Shown here one piece after another: positions 52,578 to 64,000 of a stretch of DNA of 64,000 nt; positions within the stretch are counted from its first letter, which is position 1; the number at the start of each line of letters is the position of its first letter. Source of the DNA: Proteromonas lacertae (Eukaryota); contig NGBS01000004.1 of the NCBI GenBank assembly GCA_002245135.1, positions 62,001 to 126,000 on the forward strand, written 5' to 3'. The notes under the pieces are model-generated. The model saw only the letters and a list, made by a program, of their open reading frames with translations, was not told the DNA's origin and did no database searches. Both the position numbers and the translations under genes were made by a program.

Positions 52578-53501
52578 ATGCGTTGTTTATATTGCTTTAC
52601 ATGTGCATTATTGTTTTGCGCTTTAATCATCATCATCATCTTCATTGCAGTCTCATTTGAAGTTATCGACACAAATGAAGTTGGATTAGCTAAGAATACA
52701 TTTACACAGCAAATTGATGAAACATTTTTATACCCAAATGGTAGGCATTTTATAGGACCATTTACAGACTTTATTCATTACTCTACACTAGATCATACTC
52801 TAACGTTACAAGAGAAAGGTGGGGATGATCCAGCGGTATTAGTTAGAGCGAATGATGGTTTGCAACTAACATTAGAGGTTTCATTTCAATATCATCTAAA
52901 TATCACTTTAGAGTCAATATTAGCCATATATCACACATTTGGCACGGATTTTAAAGATGCATTTATTCGTTTTTCTAGAGAAGCAATCCGTGAAGTTGCT
53001 TCAGATTATAAGTCCTTTGATTATTTCAGTAATCGAGAATCTATATCTTCAGATATGTCAGATCATTTAAACAAAATGTTTGAAAAATATCATGCTCAAG
53101 TCACCACATTCCAATTTCTTAGTTTCGTTGTTCCTGATTCATTTAAAACAGAAAATGAATTAACTCAAGAAGCAAAGCAAAAAGCTGAAACAATGGAGTT
53201 TCAAAAACAAGTAGTTGAAATAGAAGCTGTTACTAACACTAGTAAAGCAGAAATTGATGGTCAAATCATAGTAATACAGTCTAACGCAATAGCTGAAGGA
53301 ATTAAATATAATGCAACAGCAGAGAGTAAGATATTACAAATTGAAATAGAAGGAGAATTAGAGGCTTATCAACAGTTTATAGAAGCATATGGAAATTCTG
53401 ACAATGAGACTTTGTTTAGTTATATTTGGATGAATAATGTGAAACAAGCACCAAATCAGAAGATGGCTATAGATTTAGGAACTATTGATGATATTAATTA
53501 A
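52578..53501 (+). CDS. SPFH/band-7 domain membrane protein
   Basis: N-terminal TM; NGRHFIGPF, VRANDGLQLTLEVSFQY; C-terminal AE-rich coil. Likely start is ATG 52578. Confidence 0.85.
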   Translation: MRCLYCFTCALLFCALIIIIIFIAVSFEVIDTNEVGLAKNTFTQQIDETFLYPNGRHFIGPFTDFIHYSTLDHTLTLQEKGGDDPAVLVRANDGLQLTLEVSFQYHLNITLESILAIYHTFGTDFKDAFIRFSREAIREVASDYKSFDYFSNRESISSDMSDHLNKMFEKYHAQVTTFQFLSFVVPDSFKTENELTQEAKQKAETMEFQKQVVEIEAVTNTSKAEIDGQIIVIQSNAIAEGIKYNATAESKILQIEIEGELEAYQQFIEAYGNSDNETLFSYIWMNNVKQAPNQKMAIDLGTIDDIN

Positions 53502-53602
53502 TTAATTAAGTTCAATACTAATTTAAATGATTATAATTATATTTTTATTATTTTACTATGGAATGACTCATTTCATTCATCAAACTTTTTTGTCAAGCAA
53601 AA

Positions 53603-54350
53603 ATGGTTTATTTCATTTGCGATGTATGTCAAGAGACATTAAAGAAAAATAAAGTTGATCAGCACTTAAAAATGTGTAAAGAATGCAATGGCGTGTCTTG
53701 TGTTGATTGTGGCAAGTTCTTTTCTGGAACATCTTATTCACAACACTCAATTTGTATTACAGAAGCTGAAAAATATCAAGGTGCTTTATTTCAGAAGAAA
53801 AATGGAAAAGAAAAAGTAAATCCACAAGAAGTATGGATGAATAAAATCAAAGAACAAGCCGAAAACTGTAAAGATCCAACATTGAAGAAAGTGTTTGTAA
53901 AATTAGCAGGTTATGACAATGTTCCTAGAAAACAAAAACCATTTATAAATTTTGTACAAAATAGTTGTCATTTTCCTAAAGATCAAGTTGATAAGGTATG
54001 GAAGACATTAGAAGAAATAAAAACAAACATACAACAAGAAAGAGAAGTTGAAAAAGCCACTAAAAGAAAAGCAACAGAAACAGCTGAATCAACAGAAGAA
54101 AAAGTAGAGAATAAGATCAAAAAAACAAAAACAGATGAAGATGGAAAAGCAGAAAAGATTAATTGGAATGATTTGATTATGAAAAACCTTAACAACAGAA
54201 CCAGTTGATCCTAAGAAACTATTTAAAAAGATATATAAAACATTACCAAAAGATGAAGTAAATAATGATAAAAAGAAGCTAAAAAAGGAATTCGATGATG
54301 TTGTTCAATCGAATGAAGCAATTAAGAAAGATATTGTAATACATCTATAG
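53603..54350 (+). CDS. LYAR: LYAR-like nucleolar C2HC zinc-finger protein; +1 frame break near 54190
   Basis: MVYFICDVCQETLKK..H..C; SCVDCG; HSICITEAEKY; DNVPRK..F.NF. Confidence 0.9.
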
Positions 54351-54505
54351 TTTTTTTTTGTTTAGATTTTTTTAATTTTTCCTTCATTTTCTTTTTTTTA
54401 ATGTTTTATAGTACCAAAACAAACAGAATTGAAAAATAAAAACATATATAAAAAGTAAATTATCATTAATATGTAGAAACACTTTTAAATAATTATATAT
54501 ATAGT

Positions 54506-55369
54506 TTATCGAAAATGAGCACTAGCATGAGATGAATGGGTAGAATGAGATGATGGGCGAGGAATGGTAGTTGGTGCTGTTTGACCTTCTTCCAAATTCA
54601 ATATCTGAGTTCCAGTATCACGAATACTATCATGATGGTGGTGATGATGATGTTTGTCACGACTTGGCATTCGTTGACTAGGTAAATAGGGTGTATTAGA
54701 TAACTGTGGTGTTCTTGTTACATCATAATCTCTGGAATTACCTCTACTGATATCATTCTTAATAGCATTGTAATGGTAATGAGGTCCTAATTTGTACATT
54801 GGTTGTAACTTCTCTTGTGCTTGAGATTTCCACTGATTATGGAATGAAGCAACTTCACCATCATTTAAATTCTCTAAATGTTCATTACTTTCTATTGCAC
54901 CACCATTTACTCTTTGTTTTGTCATTGTGTGGGATTTATCTCCAAGTTTTCTTTGTAATTGCATTTTATCAATATGATTTCTACCATCACGTAAACTAGC
55001 TTGTGTTTGAGAAATATCACCATTTCTTGTATGACTGAAATGTCTCTCTGTTACAATTGGAGGGTTTTTACCATTATTTTCTGCACAATAGCTGTATGTT
55101 TCTATATGGCATGCTCCATCTTTAGGTAAATTAGCAAAATCAGCTGATAACATTTGATGCATACTGTTCATTTCTTTACTTAGATTTTCAAACATGCCTT
55201 GCATAGCTGTAAATGGTGTAATATCTTGTAGACCTCTATTTCTACTACCATGACTACTGTGATGACCGTTTTCTAGCTGATTTCCTGCCATTCTGTTCAT
55301 ACTCATATGAGCAAATGGATCCATAAATGGATCTCTAAAGAATTCATCAACAAGATCGTTATGATTCAT
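54506..55369 (-). CDS. myeloid leukemia factor (MLF)-like protein
   Basis: DPF/M-rich N-terminus; TQASLRDG..KMQLQRKLGDKSH..NL..FHNQW. Confidence 0.75.
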   Translation of the reverse strand: MNHNDLVDEFFRDPFMDPFAHMSMNRMAGNQLENGHHSSHGSRNRGLQDITPFTAMQGMFENLSKEMNSMHQMLSADFANLPKDGACHIETYSYCAENNGKNPPIVTERHFSHTRNGDISQTQASLRDGRNHIDKMQLQRKLGDKSHTMTKQRVNGGAIESNEHLENLNDGEVASFHNQWKSQAQEKLQPMYKLGPHYHYNAIKNDISRGNSRDYDVTRTPQLSNTPYLPSQRMPSRDKHHHHHHHDSIRDTGTQILNLEEGQTAPTTIPRPSSHSTHSSHASAHFR

Positions 55370-55973
55370 TTTGAGAGAGAGAAATAGTTTAGTTTGTAAA
55401 GAAAATCAAGAATGAATATTGTGGTGTTTTTTTCGTTAGTTTTCTAGATCATTCTAGAACATTACATTAATTCCATTTAGAAAATCTCTTAATCTGAAAG
55501 GTATTTATATATTCCAATCTTGTTTTTATTTTCGTTTTAACATGTTTATACTTAAACATAAACGTCAGGTCGCTTTTCTGTGAATGCTGTTAATCATACA
55601 CATGAAAATACTACTTGACAAGAAATATTGGAGTGAAGGAACTGTCTTTCATCCTTATTGAACTATGGATTTCAAACTCCTATCCATTCTATGAATTTAT
55701 ATTTATATTTTATAGATAAAACAAGAATGCATTAGAATATGAGATTATTTTGTTACGAATATTTTTTGAGAAATATAATACTCGTTTCTTCCGTTTTTTC
55801 ACTTGTTTAGAAAATTGATTGAATTGATAACTAATTATACTTTATGAATCTAAAATAAATGCATTAACTTTTTCTGAATTTGCATAAATCATAATATTTT
55901 TTTAACTTGATTATTTTAGTCATTTTAAAATATGACCGTTTTAAGTCGTTATTTTTACTAAATTTTCATCCGA

Positions 55974-58900
55974 ATGGTAAAGAATAAAAATGCTAAAATA
56001 CATGTTGAAGACGAGAAGTACGTACTTTTTGTAAATAACAGAACAAAGAATGGAAAAGAGTAACTTCAAATTATTATATCTCTTAGATTTCCAAGTAATT
56101 ATTATAGAACGTCTAAATATAACTTAATAACATTTTTACCTGTGAATCTCTTTGAACAGTTTAGGAGAATAGCTAATTTGTTTTTCTTAATCATGACAGG
56201 CATACAACTTATACCAGGTATTGCTACTGTGTTTATATTATTCGTAGGTGTATCTCCATATGCAATAGAAGTGAATATCATACCATTAGTGATTATTCTA
56301 GGACTTACAGCTATTAAAGATGGTTATGAAGATTGGAGAAGGCATAAAGAAGATAAAATAACTAATTCTGCTTTGTATTCTGTATTGCTTCCAAGTATAT
56401 AGTTAATTCATTTATTTTTGTTGAATAGAAGATGGTGGAGGAGGTGTTGAATATAAAGTATTAAGCAGTGGAGAATTAAAAGTTGGTGATATAGTAGAAT
56501 TACATGACGGAGAAGCATTTCCAGCAGATTTAGTTGTATTGAGTTCCAGTGAAGAGAATGGTTTAGTATTTATAGATACAGCTAGTTTAGATGGTGAAAC
56601 AAAGTATATATAACTAAACTATTTATAATAATAATAATAATAATGAATAGTCATAAGAAAAGACAAGCACCTAAAGCATTATATGAAAAATATAAAGATG
56701 ATAATGAGTTTAAAGGCTTAGAGAGTATTATAGAATGTGATGTTCCAGATGATCAATTGAATATATTTCATGGTGTAATGAAATTTACTGATCCAAATGA
56801 AGCAGAATTATCATTGGATGTTATTAATGTATATATAATATTTTAATTTATTCATATTTAATAGTTTTTACCAAGAGGAGCAATACTCAGAAACACATCC
56901 AAAGCATATGCAACTATCGTATATACTGGAGAGAATACAAAATTATCAAGAAATCAAAAAGAGCCAAAATTTAAATTTTCAAGAATAGAAAGATTGATGA
57001 ATAAGTTCGTTCCTGTTATATTTGCTATTCAAGTGGTATTAGCTTTACTAGGAGGTGGTTTGGCTAGATTATATGATGATACATGGATACAGTTAGGATG
57101 GAGTACTGGATATTCAAATATAAAGAATTATTTCTTTGATAGTTGTACATTTTTCATATTATTTTCATATTTAATACCAATGTCGTTGTATGTTGGATTA
57201 GAATTTAGTAGATTACTTCAAGCATTGTTTATTGCTGTATATTATTATATTTTTATTATTATGTATAGTGGGATTTAGATATGTTTGTTGAAGGAGAAGG
57301 TGGTTGTTTGACTAAGACATCTAATTTAAATGATGAATTAGGTCAAATAGAATTTATTTTTAGTGATAAAACAGGTACTTTAACGGAGAATTTGATGTTA
57401 TTTAGATCTTGTTCAATTGGAGCTGATTTGTTTGATGAAAGTAGAATAAATAATATTCGAAATCAAACTGCAGATATTGTAATGCCAATTAATAGTGATA
57501 TTACACAATATTTTTTATTCTGCTTATCACTTTGTCATGAAGTTTCACCTGAAATTAAAAATGATAAAATAAACTATAGATCAGAATCACCTGATGAATT
57601 GGCTTTAATGGAAGCATGTGAATTATTGAAATGCCCTTTGAAACAGAGATTAGAGAATAAAATGGTTGTTCAATATTTGGATAAAAATATTGAATTTGAT
57701 TTACTACATTTATTACAATTCAATTCTGATAGAAAAAGAATGTGTGTAATTGTAAGGAAATTAGATAGTAATAAGATATATGTATTTAGTAAAGGAGCTG
57801 ATAGTGCAATATTTGCACTAAGTTCAAAAACATTTGGAATGGATTGTATCTATCAAGATGATAATGAATATCAGAATATATTGAATAAGACAAATGAATA
57901 TTTAACTGTATAATAATGACTTTATATATATTGAAATAGTTATTTTCTCAAAAAGGATACAGAACTTTATTATATAGTGGTAAAGAAATTGGAGAAGATG
58001 ATTACCAAAACTGGAAAGTGAAATTAACAGAAGCAGAAAACTCACTTAAAGATAGAGAACAATTAATTGATTCTGTTTTTAAAGAAATTGAACAAGGAAT
58101 GTATATTATTGGATGTACTGCTGTTGAAGATAAGTTACAAGATAATCTACAAGAGACTTTAAGTTCATTTTTAGCAGCTGGTATTCAATTTGCTGTTGCT
58201 ACTGGAGATAAGTTAGAAACGGCTGTAAATATAGGATATAACTGTGGATTATTGACCAATAAAATGAAATTGTTGTATATGAAGGGAGATAATGAAGATT
58301 CATTGAAAGAATCTATCTCCAATTTATTAGACACAATTAAAAACTATCCAAATGAGACTTATGCTTTAATTGTAGTAGGAGATCAGTGTGATATATGTTT
58401 AAAATCATTTATTGATGATTTTTCACTTCTTTTTTCAAAATGTGCAACAGCTATTTGTTGTAGAATGACTCCTCTACAAAAATCAAAAATGGTAAAATTA
58501 GTAAGAGAAAAAATGAAGAAATGTTGTTTAGGTGTTGGAGATGGTGCTAATGATGTAAGTATGATATTAGAAGCCAATGTTGGAGTTGGTGTATTTGGTA
58601 AAGAAGGAAGACAAGCAGTTAATAACAGTGATTATGCAATAAGAAAGTTTCACCATTTGAAAAAGTTGTTATTTGTACATGGAAGATGGAATTATTTGAA
58701 ATGTGCTTTTCTTGTATATTTTGCATTTTATAATAATCTTTCATTTTCCATTCCACAATTTTTGATTGGAATATTTAGTGGTTTTACTGGTTGTAATATG
58801 TATCCTTCAGCTGTATTGTCAGTATATAACATTTTATTTTCTGGACCAATTTTCATGGCATTTGGTTTGTTTTATGAAGATGTTTCAATGAAGAGTTTAA

Positions 58901-59491
58901 TGGATAATCCAGAGTGTTATAAAAGGTTAATTACAGATACAAGATTCTTCTCATATAGAAACTACTTTTTCTGGTTATTCCTGTCAATATCACAAGGGTT
59001 ATTATCTTTCTTTGTTCCTTATTTGACATATTCATATTCAGATGATGTATTAACATCAAAGAGTTTTAATACTGGTTTTTATGTATTTGGTTTAGTTGTT
59101 ATTTCAATCAATATATGGGGAAATTTCTTCATTTCATCAAGTATGATTATATTATTATTATTATATATTTTATATAGTCTGTGTTTCTAGATGGAACTTC
59201 TTGAATTCATTTCTCATATTTATATCAATACCATTGTTCTATATTGTTATGTTTATAAGTGCTGCAATGGATGGTGTTAATCTATCAACAATAGCAAAGA
59301 ACTTTCAAATCAGTTTAATTTGGTTGATTATTATTATTGGATGTATTATTGGAATTATCATCAAATATTCTCAGTTGAATTTTTTGAAATTATTCGCACC
59401 AAGCGATATTGATATCATAAAAGAAATAGAATATGTAAAAGATAAAAATGAAACAGTTAGAGAATATATCGTAAAAGAATCACAAAAATAA
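55974..59491 (+). CDS. P4-type phospholipid-transporting ATPase
   Basis: [40 protein letters not shown] motifs. Confidence 0.95.
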
Positions 59492-59546
59492 AAGTAATTA
59501 GTTATTAAGAATAATATTTATATTATGTTTTTATTTTTTCTTCTAA

Positions 59547-61585
59547 TTATCTATTCACAACAATCTCTTTCCAATCTTCAAGAATAGGAATTATATCATA
59601 AACTCCTAAACTTTCTTCACCATAAACACTTTGAACTATATTCTTAATCTGATTAATATACTTCTCCATTTTCACAACACCTTTCATTACATTATTCATT
59701 CTATCAATACAAGGAAGTATGTTATTAATATCACTAATTAACAACTTCTTACATATATCCACTAATATTCTATGACTTAATTCAGGATTCTTTGTATTCA
59801 ATTCATTGATTTTATCACTAATTATCTCTTCTCTTGTTGTATTTACATTATATTTCCTTAATTCTGCTTCTAATTCTTTAACTCTTATTAACAGTAAATT
59901 ATAATTCTTTTCAGTTGGTTTATTCATATCTTGAAGATATAATTTCTCATTTTCTTTGGTCATTTGATTTAATTTGTTTTTCAATTCCTTATTCTCTGTT
60001 TCTAGTGACTTTATTCTATTCATATTTTGATTATAATAGTATTGTAAATCACTCAGTTTTCCTATTAAAATAATAAATTATATATTTCAATACTTTTCAA
60101 ATCAACTTCAATTCTACTCTTTTCTTCACAATTTCTACATGTATATGGAGGTAATGGAAATGGCGGAGGAGGTGGATAAGAAGAATTAGGTGGAAAATAA
60201 GATGGAGGGAATGGAAATGATTGGTTCATTTTCTGATAATAATTATAATAAGGATCTGGATTTAATTGATCATGAATTCTTTTCAATTTTACATTAATAT
60301 CATCATCATCATTTTTCTTATTCTCTTTTTTAATTTTATTATTAACAAATTCATTGATTACACTTTCAGATGACATTATATCTTTTGGTTCAATATAATT
60401 GGGTGTTTTAGTTACTTTCTTATTCTTAACAGATGATACTGTAGATGATGATGATGATGGTGATATTACTGATTTGGACCTTTTATGTGAATAAGTTGAA
60501 AGTGATGAAATTGAACTATTCCTTCGTCTATTGCTAATATCACTTTTATCATCATTTTTACTCAATTTATATATTTTATCTTGTAAATAGAGTAAATCAT
60601 TATTTTTATTTCTTAATTGAACTTCTAAATAATGTATTTGTTTTTCTAATATATCATTTTTATGTTCTTTTATATTCACAGTTTCTTTTGTTTCACTTTT
60701 TATTGAATGTAGATTTTCATCTTTTGATCTTAGTTTTGCTTCTAATAACGCTTTATCTTTCTTTATATTCGCTAATTGACTTTGCAATTCATAAATTGTA
60801 TCTTCTTTCTTCTTTATTTCATTTTGTTTGATTTTGGTTTTACATCTTAAATCTTGAATTATTAATGATTTAGTTTTTATATCTGTTTTTAAATGATCTA
60901 TATCATTAACATTATCAAGAGAGGATATTTCTAAATCAATTTCACTACTTGGAGGTGTTGCTGATACTGATGATTTTTTCTTATGATATTTGTTATTGAT
61001 TGATAAGGATGAATTTGATAACTCATTGATTATTATTGGAGTTTGTTCAGTTGTATTTGTTGTAGCAGTGGTTGCATTTGTCGTTGTTGTGTCTTGAGAT
61101 GATATTACTACTGTATCTGTTTCTGTAGAATTGACAATGTCATTTGATTCTAATAAAGTCATAACATGGTCAAATCTATTCTGTATTGTTTCAGTGAGAG
61201 ATTCTGAAGTGTGAGATGGTGATTCGGTTTCTCCAGAGTAGGATGAAGTTGTTATCTCAGTTTCTAGAGAATTACATTCAATATAACATACTTATAGGGG
61301 TATCATCATCATTTTGATTCTGTTGTGTAGGTAATGGAATATTCCTTAATTGATCTATCACTGGTTCAGAAGATAAACTAGATTTCTCATTACTGGTATT
61401 ATTTTCTGTTGAAGATGATAATGGAGAATCAATTGATAAATCTTCAGATGATTTTTTATCACGTACTGGTACAGTAGCAGGATGTTCATATTTTGGAGGA
61501 GATGCTGGTCTTAAATATTAAATTAATAATTTATATACACTGGCATATCCTTTGCAGGTTCTATGTCACTGTCATCACTATTCAT
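59547..61585 (-). CDS. large coiled-coil protein; C-terminus reminiscent of CEP70
   Basis: heptad-rich segments; DICKKLLISDINNILPCI..MEKYI..IIPILEDW. Family call is tentative. Confidence 0.6.
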
Positions 61586-61666
61586 TAGTTAGAAAAAAGC
61601 ACTTTTATCAAAATGATTTATCAAATCAAGCTTTTTATAGACAAGCCAAACATATTCGATTTAGAA

Positions 61667-62854
61667 ATGAACAAATATATTGATTTAGGAATTGATTCTC
61701 CATCATCATCATCATGGTGGTTGTATATATCATGATACTATATATATTATGAATGTAGGTTTGGATCGATAATTGTTATGGGTATTCTAATTTTAATCTT
61801 GAAGAAGGTTAATGGTGAAGCACCAATACAAGTATGATAAAATAATATACACTACTATTTAGGTTCAACCTAATCATGTTCCTTCTTATGAAAGAAATAA
61901 AAGAAAAGGAATTAATCTAAATAAAGAAGAAGAGAATGAAGAAGAGGAAGTAATTACAAAATACAGGACTCAAGATGAAAGGAAAGAAATATTTAATACA
62001 GATTATGGAAGTGTTTCTGTTAGTTTTATTGGAGATTACAAGAATTCTCACTACAATGTAGTTGCAGTACCAGATTTTGGATTATCAGCATCGTATTTGT
62101 TCTATTAATATGTGTTAGAATGTGTTTTAATGAATTTATTGATTATTGTGATTTAAAAAATGAATTTCAAAATCATTCATTCATTTACATCAATTTTTGT
62201 GAATTAGCTAGTCCAAAATATAAAACAGAATTAACTATTGAAGATATGGCTGATGCTTTATCACAAGTCGTTAATCAGTTAGATATCGGTAATTTCATAG
62301 GAATGGGTGTAGGATTAGGTTCAGAGGTATTACTAGAGTATTCACTAAACCATAGAGATCAATTAATATGTTTAATATTGTCAAATGTACATCGAAATGT
62401 TTGTTCTATATTTGAATGCTGGAATTATATGTTGATGAAGTTATATTTTAAGTTGGGAAATATGAGTTCATTCTACGATAGTTTACTATATTATCATTAC
62501 ACTAAACAGTTTTTATCATTCAATTCTAATTTACAAATCAAATATTTGAATGAATTATGTAGTAATAATGTTGATTCAATATATGCACAATTAAATGCTT
62601 ATTATAATAGAAAATATATAGATCCAAAGAAATATCAGTTCAAAGAACCACTCCCCATGTTGTTATTAAACGGTACTCACAATACATATAGTCAAACTCA
62701 TGATACTTTGACATTTGTACAACCATTAGATAAGAGATTCACTTCAGTTATACAAATTAGTCAGTCGACCCATAATGTGTTTCAAGAAAATCCAATAGAT
62801 TGTTATAAACCACTAACATATTTTTATCAAGGATTGAATATACCAACAAAATAA
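61667..62854 (+). CDS. NDRG/Ndr-family alpha/beta-hydrolase-fold protein
   Basis: PDFGLS..CF; LTIEDMADAL; FIGMGVGLG; FYQGL. 5' exons approximate. Confidence 0.8.
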
Positions 62855-62953
62855 AAAGAATAATGATAAATGTTTTGTTGTTTTTTAGATATATATTGAT
62901 TATTATTATTATTATTACTTAAACCAGGTCATATAAATGATTTAGTTTACTTA

Positions 62954-63798
62954 TTATAAAGGAACATCAGCGACTATTTTCTTTAATTCTCTCAAAGTCT
63001 CCCATGCCTTTGGTCTTTTATGAGGATCTATTGATAATAATCTGTTAATTAAATTCTGCATGTCAGTACCATATATTTCAGGAATTGGCTCAATTAAATT
63101 TCTGTTAATTTTGTCTATCAACTCTCCCATATCATTAGCCATAAAAGGTTTTTTCAAAGTACACAATTCATATAGAATACATCCAAAAGACCAAAGATCA
63201 ACTTCAAATGAGTATATTTCTTGATTTAACATCTCAGGGGCTTGATATAATGGAGAACCAACTATAGATGCAGCTACATTTGATGTTTTCAATAATTTTG
63301 ATAAACCAAAATCACCAATTACACATTCATTACATTCAGTCAAAAATATATTGTCGGGCTTCAAATCCCTATGCATAACCTTCTTGTCATGAAGATATAC
63401 TAGCCCAGAACATATTTGTTTTGCAAATCTTCTTACGTCCTATTGAATTATACTTGATTTTATACTTTCTTTGTGATAAGTCGGTTGTTTTTGGCAAAAT
63501 GTTTGATCAATTTACCTAAATCACCATTTGGACAAAATTCAGTTATTATTTGAAGGATGGATTCGTCTATGAAGTGAGTATAGTAATGAAGCACCTGACG
63601 ATCGTGTAAATTCTCTAGTATTTCCAACTACAAAGTAAATCAATAATATACTTCACGAACTATTATTTCTGTTTCTTCTGAACCTAACACAATATGCTTT
63701 AAGACATATTCTCTTTCTAACCTTGTAACAAGGAATACTCTACCAAACTGGCCACCTTTCATCTCTCTAATTAGATTATACTCACCAACATCACTCAT
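62954..63798 (-). CDS. NIMA-related (NEK) Ser/Thr kinase, kinase domain only
   Basis: GGQFG, HRDLKPDNIFL, IGDFGLSK, VGSPLYQAPE, LYELCTLKKPF. Confidence 0.9.
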
Positions 63799-64000
63799 TC
63801 TAATATTATTGTTGAATTCTAGTAGTTATATAGACTTTTAATACATTTTTAGCCTCTATTTTTTTCTTTTCTCTTTTGCATAAGATATAGATTTTTTGAG
63901 ACTCATCAAACTCATACATGAATAAGTTACAAAATAGTTAGCTGTTCTAACTAGTATGTTAGGAAATTATTATTGTATAACAATATATCTAAAGATATTA

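Noticed and set aside
52437..52672. Long overlap between the SPFH ORF and minus ORF 52310-52672
   Set aside because: Better starts at 52578(+) and 52517(-) leave a 60-nt promoter containing TCAAGCTT
725..58577. Short antisense or alternate-frame ORFs in the track (e.g. 725-979, 16239-16523, 30659-30883, 36957-37184, 47158-47403, 58383-58577)
   Set aside because: Shadows of real genes with no independent motifs
1..64000. Stop-codon reassignment to explain broken ORFs
   Set aside because: Stops fall inside short GT-AG introns, and TAA, TAG and TGA all end genes

Overview
This is an AT-rich, very gene-dense eukaryotic nuclear window. It holds about 45 protein-coding genes read in the standard code and split by tiny GT-AG introns of mostly 25-41 nt, which is why the ORF track is fragmented. 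The intron size, TGTTTGTT-like 3' elements and a mastigoneme-type EGF protein point to a stramenopile gut protist of the Blastocystis/Proteromonas (Opalinata) type; this is an inference. I saw no rRNA, tRNA, CRISPR array or transposase. Recognisable genes include ORC1, ribA, TRM112, EFR3, RPL27, WDR25, CARNMT1, DPH2, katanin p60, LYAR, MLF, a P4-ATPase, a NEK kinase and a CDPK7-like kinase. The most interesting items are: (1) a four-copy tandem array of the fibril-forming microtubule protein SSNA1/DIP13, largely missed by the ORF track, with homogenised copies, one divergent paralog and one C-terminally extended copy; (2) a recurrent TCAARCYT element just upstream of many start codons, which also flags a hidden 58-aa spliced gene; (3) three intronless tandem acidic/Cys-rich zinc-binding paralogs; (4) SHOC1-like, DBHS-like and bacterial LysE-like genes. 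All gene models were spliced by hand and no database searches were run.
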